A stretch of DNA of 64,000 nucleotides from Deltaproteobacteria bacterium (lineage in GTDB: Bacteria > Desulfobacterota > Binatia > UBA12015). Shown here piece after piece: positions 14,636 to 23,865 of the stretch (positions within the stretch are counted from its first letter, which is position 1; each line of letters begins with the position of its first letter). The notes under the pieces were generated by a model, which was given only the letters and a program-made list of their open reading frames with translations, was not told where the DNA came from and did no database searches. A program made the translations under genes and the position numbers. The DNA is taken from the NCBI GenBank assembly GCA_046583355.1, contig JAYGCM010000075.1:1-64000 (forward strand), given 5' to 3'.

Positions 14636-14709
14636 GCGGGTGTAGCTCAGCTGGCTAGAGCGCAACCTTGCCAAGGTTGAGGTCGCCGGTTCGACCCCGG
14701 TCACCCGCT
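14636..14709 (+). tRNA. tRNA-Gly(GCC)
   Basis: GCGGGTG/CACCCGC acceptor stem, loop TT-GCC-AA, U discriminator. Confidence 0.97.
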
Positions 14710-14724
14710 CTCACTCTGTGGGAC

Positions 14725-14760
14725 AAAAGAGGAGAAGTTTCGGCTTCTCCTCTTTTTTTT
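14725..14760 (+). terminator. Intrinsic terminator after the tRNA cluster
   Basis: AAAAGAGGAGAAGT-TTCG-GCTTCTCCTC followed by a T8 run. Confidence 0.9.
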
Positions 14761-14797
14761 GTTCCGCGCACTTGGGCCATCGTGGTACTTCGTCCTC

Positions 14798-15304
14798 ATG
14801 TCCTCGAACACTCTCTTCGTCAGCAACTTTCCTTTTTCCACTACCGAGACCGATCTCCGCACCGCCTTCGAGACTTTTTGCCCCGTGACCAACATCCGCA
14901 TCATCTCCGACCGCCAGACCGGCCGGAGTCGTGGCTACGCTTTTGTCGAGCTGGAAGAGGCATCGGCGCTGCGCCGTGCCATCGACGATCTGAACGAGAC
15001 GACCTTCAACGGCCGCCGCCTCGTTGTGGATGAGGCCAAGAGTCATCCCAATGGCGAGGGCGATGCCGAGGGTAATAGCGCAGTGTCGCCGCCGCGAAGG
15101 CCGCCTTTCCGCTATCGCATCGTGGTTGAGTGGCGCGAAGAGGCGCACGCCTATGATGCCGAGGTGCCGGCCCTGGGGATCCACGGTGCCGGCGCGACAC
15201 CGGAGCGCGCCATGCGTGACGCGATTTTCCACGCCGAGGACGCGGCCCGCGCAGAAGACGCCAAAGAGGAACCGGTCGAAGCATTGACATCGCGCGCATT
15301 CTAG
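14798..15304 (+). CDS. RRM RNA-binding protein fused to a C-terminal HicB-like domain
   Basis: RNP2 LFVSNF and RNP1 RGYAFVEL; C-terminal YRIVVEWREEAHAYDAEVPALGIHGAGATPERA matches the HicB N-terminal pattern. Confidence 0.82.
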   Translation: MSSNTLFVSNFPFSTTETDLRTAFETFCPVTNIRIISDRQTGRSRGYAFVELEEASALRRAIDDLNETTFNGRRLVVDEAKSHPNGEGDAEGNSAVSPPRRPPFRYRIVVEWREEAHAYDAEVPALGIHGAGATPERAMRDAIFHAEDAARAEDAKEEPVEALTSRAF

Positions 15305-15320
15305 GCGATCCGAATTCTGC

Positions 15321-16421
15321 GTGCAGCAGGTGGATCGCGATGGGCCGTCGGCGGGAGGAGTCTCGCTGGCCGGCAAGCGGGTAGGCTTCGTCGGACGAAT
15401 GCTTACCTGCGATCAGAAGCAGGCTCGACGATTGGTTCGTCGGGCTGGCGGCCGCGTGGTTGCGCGGGCCGCCGATGTTCTTGTCGTGGGCGGTGGCAGT
15501 AGTCGCGCACGCATGGACGCCGCGCGCACGATCACCGAGTCGCAATTTCTCGAGTTGGTCGGTCGCGCGGTGAAAGGCGCGACTCCCGCAGCGCCCGCCG
15601 GCCTCGATGATCTGGTCCCGTCGACGCATGCAGCAAGGCTCTACCCGCGCGTGACCTGGCAGCGCCGCCGCACGCTGGAGAGCCGCGGTCTGCTAGAGCC
15701 CGCTCATCTTCCCAATGGTACGGGCTACCGCTTCCGCGACCTGCGCGTCTTGCGCGAGGTCGACGAGTTGCTGGCGGCGGGTTTGAGCATGACGCAGGTC
15801 GTGAATCGGCTGGTGCCTGCCAGCGATGGTCAATACGAATTTCGCTTTCCGACCGAGAGCATGCGGCCGCGGCCCAAGCGCATCGACCTGCACCTCGAGC
15901 GAGAATCGGCCGATGCCTGGTTCGATGTCGGATTTTGTGCGGACCGTGACCGCTCCAGTTTCCCTACCGCGATCGCCGCCTATAAGCGCGCCTTGGAAAT
16001 CGACGCTCTGCACGTGCCTTCGCTGATCAACCTCGGCAATGTCTATTATGAGATGGGCCATTTCGATCTGGCCCGCGAGGTCTACGGGCAGGCCTGCAAA
16101 TTTGATCCCGAAAATCCGCGCACGCATTTCAATCTGGGCAATGCCTGCGATGAGCTCGGCGATCTGCTCGGTGCGTTGCGTGCCTACCGCGCCGCCTTGG
16201 TGATCTGGCCGAGCTATGCCGACGCGAGCTTCAACCTGGCACTGGTTGCCGAGAAGCTCTTGAGTTGGCATCTCGCGCGGCAGCATTGGCAGCGCTTCCT
16301 CGATCTCGAACCCGGCAGCGAATGGGCCGCGGTCGCGCGCTCGCATCTCGCCGATGTGCTGACGCATTCGCGCAAGGGCGGGCGACGCTCGTCGGCCGCA
16401 ACCGCCGGCCGCGACGGCTAG
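15321..16421 (+). CDS. BRCT-like + MerR-like HTH + TPR multidomain protein
   Basis: LAGKRVGFVG..GG..DVLVVG..ITESQF (BRCT); GLLEP..YRFRDL (MerR-like); repeated NLG/ALE TPR units. Confidence 0.78.
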   Translation: MQQVDRDGPSAGGVSLAGKRVGFVGRMLTCDQKQARRLVRRAGGRVVARAADVLVVGGGSSRARMDAARTITESQFLELVGRAVKGATPAAPAGLDDLVPSTHAARLYPRVTWQRRRTLESRGLLEPAHLPNGTGYRFRDLRVLREVDELLAAGLSMTQVVNRLVPASDGQYEFRFPTESMRPRPKRIDLHLERESADAWFDVGFCADRDRSSFPTAIAAYKRALEIDALHVPSLINLGNVYYEMGHFDLAREVYGQACKFDPENPRTHFNLGNACDELGDLLGALRAYRAALVIWPSYADASFNLALVAEKLLSWHLARQHWQRFLDLEPGSEWAAVARSHLADVLTHSRKGGRRSSAATAGRDG

Positions 16422-16532
16422 GGCTGCGCCAAGCGCTCTTGAGACGTGGTGCGCGAGAAGGCGCCGTGGCTGGCTCGGACGAAAATCCTGTGGTACCTCC
16501 CACGGGCCGGCCGCGTGCCGGAGTCAGAGCAG

Positions 16533-16606
16533 GGCGGCGTACCCAAGTGGTCTAAGGGGAAGGTCTGCAAAACCTTTATTCGCCGGTTCAAATCCGGCCG
16601 CCGCCT
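16533..16606 (+). tRNA. tRNA-Cys(GCA)
   Basis: GGCGGCG/CGCCGCC acceptor stem, loop CT-GCA-AA, GTTCAAAT T-loop. Confidence 0.96.
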
Positions 16607-16644
16607 TTTTGCCATGTCTCCTCACTGCGCCGCATCAAAAGCCT

Positions 16645-17808
16645 ATGCCTGAATCGCGATGGATCGACGACCAAGACGAGTTTGATCGTCTGATGGAAAA
16701 ACTGGCGGGAGTCTCCGAGTACGCTCTCGATACTGAGTTTCACCGAGAGCGGAGTTACTTCCCGCATCTCGCGCTGATTCAGATCAGCTGGGAAGAAGAG
16801 GGCCGTCTCGAGATCGTGGTCATCGACCCCTTGGCTCTGGATATGACCTCGATGCGCGGGATGCTCGAGAGCGACGCCTTGGCCGTCCTGCACGCAGCCG
16901 ACCAGGACCTCGAAGTCCTCTACCGCGCCTGCCAGCGGGTGCCGCAGCGGCTTTTCGATACGCAGATCGCCGCCGCGTTTCTCGGTATGGGCTTCGCCTC
17001 GCTCGCCAGATTGGTGCAAGCTCTTGAGGACAAGCGCTTGCCCAAGGGAGACCGGCTCACCGATTGGACGCGTCGCCCGCTCGACGAGGGGCAGATCCGC
17101 TACGCGGCCTCCGACGTCGAATTTCTTCTCGGCATGCGCCGCGAGCTGATCGCACGGGCCGAGAAATCCGGCACGCTCGTCTGGATCGAAGAGGAATGTG
17201 AGCGGCTGCGTAAGAAAGATGTGACGCCGCTCGACCCAGATACGGCCTGGTGGAAGATCAAGGGCTCGCGTAACCTTCACGGCAGCAATATTGGCGTAGC
17301 GCAGGCCGTGGGTGCCTGGCGCGAACGCTCCGCACAGCGCCGCGATCTGCCGCCGCGCTTCGTGCTTGCCGACCTCGGTCTCGCCGGTATTGTGCAGCGT
17401 GCGCCGCGCACGGCTGAGGACCTGAAAAAGATTCGTGGTTACGACGGTCGCTTCGGCAAGAATGGCGGTGAGCAGGGCATCCTCGACGCCGTCGCGGCCG
17501 GCCTCAAGCTCGACGATTCCGAGTTGCGCCGGCCACCGCGCGGCGAGCGGCCCGGTGAGGATTTGGGCGCGATCGTCGCTCTGGCCCAGGCCATGGTCGC
17601 CCAGATTTCTGCGGAGACCGGAATCGAAGCCTCGATGTTGGGCAACCGCGCCGATATCCAGGCGCTTGCTTGGGGCCGCAAAAGCGGGCGACTCAGCCAG
17701 GGATGGCGCGCCGAGATCGCCGGCCACCGGCTCCAGGAACTCTTGGATGGCCGCGTAGGATTGGCCGGCGACGGCAAGGGCGGTGTACGCATCGCTCCTC
17801 TCGCCTGA
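16645..17808 (+). CDS. rnd: Ribonuclease D
   Basis: ALDTEF ExoI, HAADQD, FDTQIAA and YAASDV motifs plus an HRDC region. Confidence 0.93.
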   Translation: MPESRWIDDQDEFDRLMEKLAGVSEYALDTEFHRERSYFPHLALIQISWEEEGRLEIVVIDPLALDMTSMRGMLESDALAVLHAADQDLEVLYRACQRVPQRLFDTQIAAAFLGMGFASLARLVQALEDKRLPKGDRLTDWTRRPLDEGQIRYAASDVEFLLGMRRELIARAEKSGTLVWIEEECERLRKKDVTPLDPDTAWWKIKGSRNLHGSNIGVAQAVGAWRERSAQRRDLPPRFVLADLGLAGIVQRAPRTAEDLKKIRGYDGRFGKNGGEQGILDAVAAGLKLDDSELRRPPRGERPGEDLGAIVALAQAMVAQISAETGIEASMLGNRADIQALAWGRKSGRLSQGWRAEIAGHRLQELLDGRVGLAGDGKGGVRIAPLA

Positions 17809-17859
17809 GCTGCGGTTTCGCTTCGCCGCCCCGACTCGCTACGAATCAGATCGCGACCC

Positions 17860-17945
17860 GCCGGGGTGGCGGAATTGGTAGACGCAAGAGACTTAAAATC
17901 TCTCGAGTCCTCGGACTCGTGCGGGTTCAAGTCCCGCCCCCGGCA
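17860..17945 (+). tRNA. tRNA-Leu(TAA)
   Basis: GCCGGGG/CCCCGGC acceptor stem, loop CT-TAA-AA, variable arm. Confidence 0.96.
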
Positions 17946-18067
17946 TTGAAGTCGTCTCGAACATCAAGGGCGGGCCTCGTCCCCGGCCTGGTGCCACGGA
18001 GTTGGCGCGGTCCTTGGAGAGCCGGGGATCAAGTCCCGCCCCCGGCATTGAAGTCGTCTCGAACATC
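17927..18067 (+). repeat. 39-bp exact direct repeat including the tRNA-Leu 3' end (17927-17965 and 18029-18067)
   Basis: TCAAGTCCCGCCCCCGGCATTGAAGTCGTCTCGAACATC occurs twice, 102 bp apart. Confidence 0.95.
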
Positions 18068-18087
18068 GAGGGTGCAACTCCTCGCCT

Positions 18088-18570
18088 CTAGCCATTATTG
18101 AAGCCGACACAATATTGGCCGATATTATTATCCACCTCGCTTGACTCCGAGTTGTAAAAGTTGGTTCCAACCGCCCACATATATGACTCCGTGCTGTCAT
18201 TCATACAGGTGCGATCGAAGATGTTGTGATCAATAAAGTCGCCACCGTTCGCGCCATCCACACCGCAGAGCCCGCCGCGGAAGCAATCGTATTCCCGATA
18301 GTCAGCGCATAGGCCGATGTCGTTCCACCAGGTTCTGCCCCAGCCCGACCGGAACTTGTCCTCACACTTCAGGTCGGCCGCAGCCGTATCCGCCGCCTTG
18401 GCTTTGGCTACGTTCGCGTCGGCCTTGCTCAGGCAAAGGCTGAATTTGCCGCTGAGCAGGTTGGCCTTCATGGCGCATTTCTGACCTTCGGTTAGGTCAG
18501 CCTCGGCCAGCGCAGTGCATGTGCAGGAAACGATCAGCGCAAGCGCCAGTGTCGAGATCAGTGTTTTCAT
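18088..18570 (-). CDS. Secreted cysteine-rich hypothetical protein
   Basis: Signal-peptide-like MKTLISTLALALIV..ALA, GGAG RBS, multiple Cys; visibly more AT-rich than its flanks. Confidence 0.75.
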   Translation of the reverse strand: MKTLISTLALALIVSCTCTALAEADLTEGQKCAMKANLLSGKFSLCLSKADANVAKAKAADTAAADLKCEDKFRSGWGRTWWNDIGLCADYREYDCFRGGLCGVDGANGGDFIDHNIFDRTCMNDSTESYMWAVGTNFYNSESSEVDNNIGQYCVGFNNG

Positions 18571-18726
18571 CGGGATCTCCATAGGGAACGGGAACCGGAG
18601 CTGATCTCCGGCGAGTTGATCGTCATGGAATCACGGCCTGAGCATACGACCAAGTTTGTTTAACGCACGACTCGAGTCGCTCCGACCGCGCATTTGGTAC
18701 GGGCAGGGGGCGGGGAGTAGAACGCA

Positions 18727-19386
18727 ATGGTGGCTGAGGGGCGCAAGGAGCGGTGGGCGCGGGAACGTGCGGTGATGTTGGCTCGTGAAGAGGAGCTTTG
18801 GGCGTCAGGAGTGGCGCATATTGCGGGCGTTGATGAAGTCGGCGTCGGGCCTTTGGCGGGGCCGCTGGTGGCGGCGGCCGTTGTCTTGCCGCGCGGGGTT
18901 TCGATTGATGGGGTGCGCGACTCCAAGAAGCTGAGCGCGAAACGGCGTGAGTTGCTGGCCGAACAGATCGCCGAGGTCGCGCTGGCCTCTTCGCTCGGTG
19001 TCGTTACCGTGGCCGAGGTCGACCGGCTGAACACTTATCACGCCTCGTTGGAGGCGATGCGGCGCGCGGTGGGAGGCCTTGGCATCGCGCCCGGCCATAT
19101 TCTCGTCGACGCGCGGACCATCCCCGGCGTGGCAACGCCGCAGACCTCGATCGTGCGGGGTGACGCCTCGGTTTATTCGATCGCGGCTGCATCGATCGTC
19201 GCCAAGGTCGGGCGCGATCGCATGATGAAGGAACTCGCGGAGCGCCACCCGGGCTACGGCTTCGCGCGCAATGCGGGCTACGGCACGGCCGAGCATATGG
19301 CGGCGTTGAACGAGTTGGGTGCGTGTGCGGCGCATCGTCGATCGTTTGCGCCGGTGCGCGCGGCCTTGGCGCAGCCCGCCTCGTGA
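18727..19386 (+). CDS. rnhB: Ribonuclease HII
   Basis: AGVDEVGVGPLAGP, DSKKLS, SIAAASIVAKV, GYGT, HRRSF. Confidence 0.96.
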   Translation: MVAEGRKERWARERAVMLAREEELWASGVAHIAGVDEVGVGPLAGPLVAAAVVLPRGVSIDGVRDSKKLSAKRRELLAEQIAEVALASSLGVVTVAEVDRLNTYHASLEAMRRAVGGLGIAPGHILVDARTIPGVATPQTSIVRGDASVYSIAAASIVAKVGRDRMMKELAERHPGYGFARNAGYGTAEHMAALNELGACAAHRRSFAPVRAALAQPAS

Positions 19387-19460
19387 GCCGCCCGCCTGCG
19401 GGTTCTTCCAGCGGCCGGCGCGTGCGGCAATGCACGGCCATTTTGTGTTAACGGCAGGTT

Positions 19461-20807
19461 ATGGCCGATGTACAGATGCCCAGACTCTCGGATTCGATGG
19501 AGGAGGGCAAAATTCTCCGCTGGCTCAAGGCGCCGGGGGATTCGATCGCTCCGGGCGATATCCTCGCCGAGGTCGAGACCGACAAGGCCGATATGGAATT
19601 GGAAGCCGAGGTCGCCGGCGTGCTCGAGGCGATCCAGGTTGCCGAGGGTGAGTCGGCAGCAGTGGGTACCGTGATCGCCACTCTTGCCGACGCAGGCGGC
19701 AAAGGCGCGGCACCGCCGCAGGCAAAATCTACGGCGTCCCAGGGCCGACCACCCGCAACCGCCGCGAAAGCGCCCGCCGAGAAGGCCGCATGGATGCCGC
19801 TCGCAAGGGCCGCCGCGCCGGCGGCCAAGCCACCGAGAGCCATGGGCGCTCGCGTGCGCGTGGCACCGCCCGCCGCGCGCTCCGCCGACGTCGCGCAACG
19901 CAAGGCGCCGGTCTCGCCGCTTGCCCAGCGCGTGGCAGCCGATCGCGGCATTGATACGGCTGCGCTCTCCGGCAGCGGCGCCGGCGGGCGCGTCGTGCGC
20001 GCGGACGTCGAAGCTGCCAAGCGGGTCGGCAAGGGATCGCCGGTTACGGTCGTGCGGGACGTGCCTTCGACCATGGGCGTCAAGCCCGCAGCGCTTCCCG
20101 AAGACGAGGTCCGCCGCATACCGATGACCGGCATGCGTGCGGCCATTGCGCGCCGGATGCATGAGAGCAAACGCGACGCCCCGCATTTCTATCTGGAGAG
20201 CATTGTCTCCATGGACCGCGCGGTCGCGATGCGCGCCGAACTCAAGGCCGAGGGCTACCGCCTCACCTACCATCATATGGTGCTCAAGGCGGTGGCTGAC
20301 GCGCTGGCGGCAAAGCCGGCGATGAATTCCCGATTTGTCGGCGATGCCGTCGAGGTTCTGCGCCGCGTACACCTGGGTACGGCGACGGCGGTTGCCGACG
20401 GGCTGATCGTGCCGGTGATCCACGACGCGAATTTTCTCAGCCTCTTCGATATTGTGGCGCGTGCGGGCGAGTTGGCGAAAAAAGCCGAGGACCGCACCTT
20501 CGGCAAAGACGACCTCTCGGGTGCGACTTTCACGGTCTCGAACCTGGGCATGTATGGCATCGAGCGCTTCTCGGCCGTCATCAACCCGCCGCAAGCCGGA
20601 ATTCTGGCCGTCGGTGCGGTGGCGCAGCGACCCATCGTGCGCGCAGGCGAGCTCGGCGTCGGCTATAACGTTTCGCTCACGCTCTCGTGCGATCACCGCA
20701 GTGTCGATGGCGCCATTGGCGCGGAATTTCTCGCCGAGGTGCGCCGGCGGCTCGAGGAGCCGGTCTCGCTGCTGGTGCCGGCCGCCATGCCCGAGGCAAG
20801 CGCGTGA
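19461..20807 (+). CDS. 2-oxoacid (pyruvate) dehydrogenase E2, dihydrolipoamide acyltransferase
   Basis: Single lipoyl domain (ETDKA), E3-binding domain (SPLA..GSGAGGRV), catalytic DHRSVDG. Confidence 0.94.
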   Translation: MADVQMPRLSDSMEEGKILRWLKAPGDSIAPGDILAEVETDKADMELEAEVAGVLEAIQVAEGESAAVGTVIATLADAGGKGAAPPQAKSTASQGRPPATAAKAPAEKAAWMPLARAAAPAAKPPRAMGARVRVAPPAARSADVAQRKAPVSPLAQRVAADRGIDTAALSGSGAGGRVVRADVEAAKRVGKGSPVTVVRDVPSTMGVKPAALPEDEVRRIPMTGMRAAIARRMHESKRDAPHFYLESIVSMDRAVAMRAELKAEGYRLTYHHMVLKAVADALAAKPAMNSRFVGDAVEVLRRVHLGTATAVADGLIVPVIHDANFLSLFDIVARAGELAKKAEDRTFGKDDLSGATFTVSNLGMYGIERFSAVINPPQAGILAVGAVAQRPIVRAGELGVGYNVSLTLSCDHRSVDGAIGAEFLAEVRRRLEEPVSLLVPAAMPEASA

Positions 20808-22189
20808 GTGCGGCGCGCGATCTGGTCGTTCTGGGCGGTGGACCGGGCGGCTACACGGCCGCCTTGCGCGCGGCGCAATTGGGCATGCAGGTCACCCTGG
20901 TCGAGAAAGACGAACTCGGCGGTGTCTGCGGCAATTGGGGCTGCATTCCGTCCAAGGCGATCATCCATTCGGCCGATGTCTACGATCAGGCGCGCCAAGG
21001 CGCGGCGATCGGCATCCAGGGTGGCGATATCGGTTTTGACTTCGGTGCTATCATCGACCATAGCCGCGCGGTCGCCGCGCAGATGGCCAAGGGTGTCGGC
21101 GGCTTGTTGCGCCGCGCCGGCGTCGAGGTGATTCACGCCGAGGCACGGCTGGACGGCGAGGGTGGCCTGCGTTTGATCGACGGCACCGCCGTACCGGCCC
21201 GCCATGTTTTGCTGGCCGCAGGCACTGGCGAAATGCTGCTGCCCGGAATCGAATTGGATGCTCCGCGGGTGGTCACGAGTCGCGAACTTCTGGCCGAGCG
21301 GACTCTGCCGGCGAGCCTTCTTGTGCTCGGGGGCGGTGCCATCGGCATCGAGTTCGCGTTCGTCTTTCTTTGCCTTGGTGTGGACGTGACGATCGTCGAG
21401 ATGCAGGGCTCGCTGCTGCCGGGCATGGACCCGGATGTCGCAAAAGAGATCGAGCGCAGCCTGCGGCGGCGCGGCGCGACGATCCTCACGGGTACGCGTT
21501 TCGAGTCGCTGACGAAGACGGACTCCGGCGTTCGGATCGAGGTCGAAGGTGCCAAGGGAAAGGCCAGCCTTGCGGCCGAGCGCTTGCTGGTCGCTGTGGG
21601 GCGCGTGCTGCGGCCGGAAGGAATCGGTCTTGACGTAGCCGGCATCGCACTTGAGGCGGGCCGTGTGATCGTCGACGATGCCTATTGGACCAGCCGGATC
21701 GGCGTGCTCGCGGTCGGCGACCTGATTGATTCGCCGGCGCTGGCACATGTCGCCAGTGCCGAGGGAGTGGCGGCGGTGGAGATTCTCGCCGGCGTGCGCG
21801 AGCCCGGACGTCTGGACCGCCGCCGTCTGCCGGCCTGCGTCTACGGTCGTCCCGAGGTTGCCGTCGTGGGGTTGAGCGAGGCCGAAGCGCGCGCGGCGGG
21901 TGCCGAGGTGAAGACCGGCATGGTGCGCATGCGGGCGCTCGGGCGGGCGGTCGCCGCTGGCGAGACCGAAGGCTTCGTCAAGCTGGTGATCGATGCGCGT
22001 TACGGGGAAATTATCGGTTGTCAGATCGTGGCACCCGGTGCGACCGATCTGATCGCCGAGGTCGTCTTGGCGATGCAACTCGAAGGCACGGCGCATGAGC
22101 TCGCCGCGACGATCCATCCGCATCCGACCTTTGCCGAGGCGTTGATGGAAGCCGCGCATAGCGCTCTTGGTATGTCGCTCAATGCCTGA
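20804..22189 (+). CDS. lpdA: Dihydrolipoyl dehydrogenase
   Basis: GGGPGGY, GGVCGNWGCIPSK redox disulfide, HPHPTFAE; GTGA overlap with E2. Confidence 0.95.
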   Translation: MSAARDLVVLGGGPGGYTAALRAAQLGMQVTLVEKDELGGVCGNWGCIPSKAIIHSADVYDQARQGAAIGIQGGDIGFDFGAIIDHSRAVAAQMAKGVGGLLRRAGVEVIHAEARLDGEGGLRLIDGTAVPARHVLLAAGTGEMLLPGIELDAPRVVTSRELLAERTLPASLLVLGGGAIGIEFAFVFLCLGVDVTIVEMQGSLLPGMDPDVAKEIERSLRRRGATILTGTRFESLTKTDSGVRIEVEGAKGKASLAAERLLVAVGRVLRPEGIGLDVAGIALEAGRVIVDDAYWTSRIGVLAVGDLIDSPALAHVASAEGVAAVEILAGVREPGRLDRRRLPACVYGRPEVAVVGLSEAEARAAGAEVKTGMVRMRALGRAVAAGETEGFVKLVIDARYGEIIGCQIVAPGATDLIAEVVLAMQLEGTAHELAATIHPHPTFAEALMEAAHSALGMSLNA

Positions 22190-22871
22190 AGAGAGTGGCG
22201 CTGTGCCGCTTGCCGTGCCCGTCCTGCGCGAGACTCAGGTCGCCGGGATCCGCTGCCTCTGGTTGGGCCGAGTCGAATATTCTCGGGCACTGGCCGCGCA
22301 GGAAGATTGGATAGCGCGTTTTGCCGACCGGGGCGATGCGCTGCTTTTGCTCGAGCATCCGCCGGTCTACACGACCGGCCGCGGCGGTGCGGAGGCGCAC
22401 CTGCCCGACGCAAAGGTAAACGTGCCGGTGCTGCGGATCGGCCGCGGCGGCGACGTCACCTACCATGGTCCGGGCCAACTGGTGGGCTACCCGATCATCG
22501 ACCTGCGCACGCGCGGCCGCGACGTGCATCGCTATCTGCGCGATTTGGAGGCCGGCCTGATCGATACGCTGGGCGTGCTCGGCGTCGGCGCCCAACGCTG
22601 CGCGGGACGGACGGGCATCTGGGTGGCGCGCCCGGGCGGCGAGCCGCGCAAGATTGCTTCGATCGGCATCGCGGTGCGCCGCGGTATTGCCTGGCATGGC
22701 TTTGCCCTCAATCTCTCGGTCGATCTGGCGGCCTTTGACCCGATTGTGCCGTGTGGTCTTGAAGGTGTCGAAATGACCTCGGTCGCCCTCGAAACGGGCC
22801 GGGCACCGGCGCTTGCGGAGGTCGCCGAGATGCTCGCGACCTACCTGCCGCCTCGAATTTGTCAGGCCTGA
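22182..22871 (+). CDS. lipB: Lipoyl(octanoyl) transferase
   Basis: EHPPVYT, RGGDVTYHGPGQLVGY, KIASIG, HGFALN, IVPCG. Confidence 0.96.
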   Translation: MPEESGAVPLAVPVLRETQVAGIRCLWLGRVEYSRALAAQEDWIARFADRGDALLLLEHPPVYTTGRGGAEAHLPDAKVNVPVLRIGRGGDVTYHGPGQLVGYPIIDLRTRGRDVHRYLRDLEAGLIDTLGVLGVGAQRCAGRTGIWVARPGGEPRKIASIGIAVRRGIAWHGFALNLSVDLAAFDPIVPCGLEGVEMTSVALETGRAPALAEVAEMLATYLPPRICQA

Positions 22872-22972
22872 GCGAAAACAGGTTGGCAGGCACATTGCTT
22901 CGCTCTCTGGTTTCCCGTAGCTAGACCGTCGTTCAGAGCCCATTTGTTGGGGTGGTTTTTGGAGGAAGAGGA

Positions 22973-23611
22973 ATGGTCAAGCTCTACGATTATCTGCAAT
23001 GTCCGTTCGGCCAGAAGGCTCGAATCGTACTCGCGGAGAAACAACTCGATTACGAGTTGGTTCCCGTCGATCTGCGTAAGAACGAGCAATTCGAGCCGGC
23101 GTTCGTCGAGCTGAACCCCTTCCATAAGGTTCCCGTGCTGGTGGATGAAGAGGGCCCGGACGATCCAGAAAGCATCGTTGTCTACGATTCGACAACAATT
23201 GGCGAGTACCTCGAAGACGAGTACCCCGAGCCGCCCATGCTGCCGCCGGCCGAGGACGCGGCCGCGCGCGCCCGCATCCGCTCGCTTGAAGACTACGCCG
23301 ACCTCGCCTTCGTTGTGCCGGCTGGCAACTACCTCACCGAGTATATCAAAGAAGAAAACGGCGACCCCGAGCGTCTCGCCCGTGCCAAAGAGGAGCTCGA
23401 CCGAGCCTTCTTCGTGCTCGAGCGCGAGCTGCAAGGCGGGCGGAAGTACCTCGGCGGCGACCAGTTCACGCTGGCCGACGCGGCCTTCGCGCCGCGACTC
23501 CTGCTGCTGGCTAGCCGGGGTGTTGAGTTGCCGCCCGAAACCCGTGCCCTGCGCGGTTATATCGATCGCTTGCGCCACCGCGATAGCGTGCGGATGCTCC
23601 AGGGCGTCTAG
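22973..23611 (+). CDS. Glutathione S-transferase family protein
   Basis: CPF N-terminus, LNPFHKVPVL, DSTTIGEYL, FTLAD. Confidence 0.92.
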   Translation: MVKLYDYLQCPFGQKARIVLAEKQLDYELVPVDLRKNEQFEPAFVELNPFHKVPVLVDEEGPDDPESIVVYDSTTIGEYLEDEYPEPPMLPPAEDAAARARIRSLEDYADLAFVVPAGNYLTEYIKEENGDPERLARAKEELDRAFFVLERELQGGRKYLGGDQFTLADAAFAPRLLLLASRGVELPPETRALRGYIDRLRHRDSVRMLQGV

Positions 23612-23618
23612 GAGATAG

Positions 23619-23831
23619 TTGACCAGCGAGGAGCGGCGTCGGCGCGAAATCGTTCGATCTTTTCAAGTCGTCTGCATCTGTCATAAGATCAAGCGGGGCA
23701 CGATAGAAAAGGCGATTGCCGGCGGCGCGCGCAATATCTCGGATGTGCGGGCGCGGACCCGTGCGGCGACCGGGCCTTGTGGCGCGAAGCGTTGTGGTCC
23801 GGTGATCGCGAAGATGTTGCGCGAAAAATGA
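23619..23831 (+). CDS. BFD-like [2Fe-2S]-binding protein
   Basis: VCIC..ATGPCGAKRC cysteine pattern; AGGAG RBS before TTG. Confidence 0.82.
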   Translation: MTSEERRRREIVRSFQVVCICHKIKRGTIEKAIAGGARNISDVRARTRAATGPCGAKRCGPVIAKMLREK

Positions 23832-23865
23832 TCTGGTCGCGCAAGCCCTTGAGGGGACCGGCGTG

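Noticed and set aside
17927..18067. CRISPR array interpretation of the 39-bp repeat
   Set aside because: Only two copies, derived from the tRNA 3' end, and no cas genes; no CRISPR array was seen anywhere in the window
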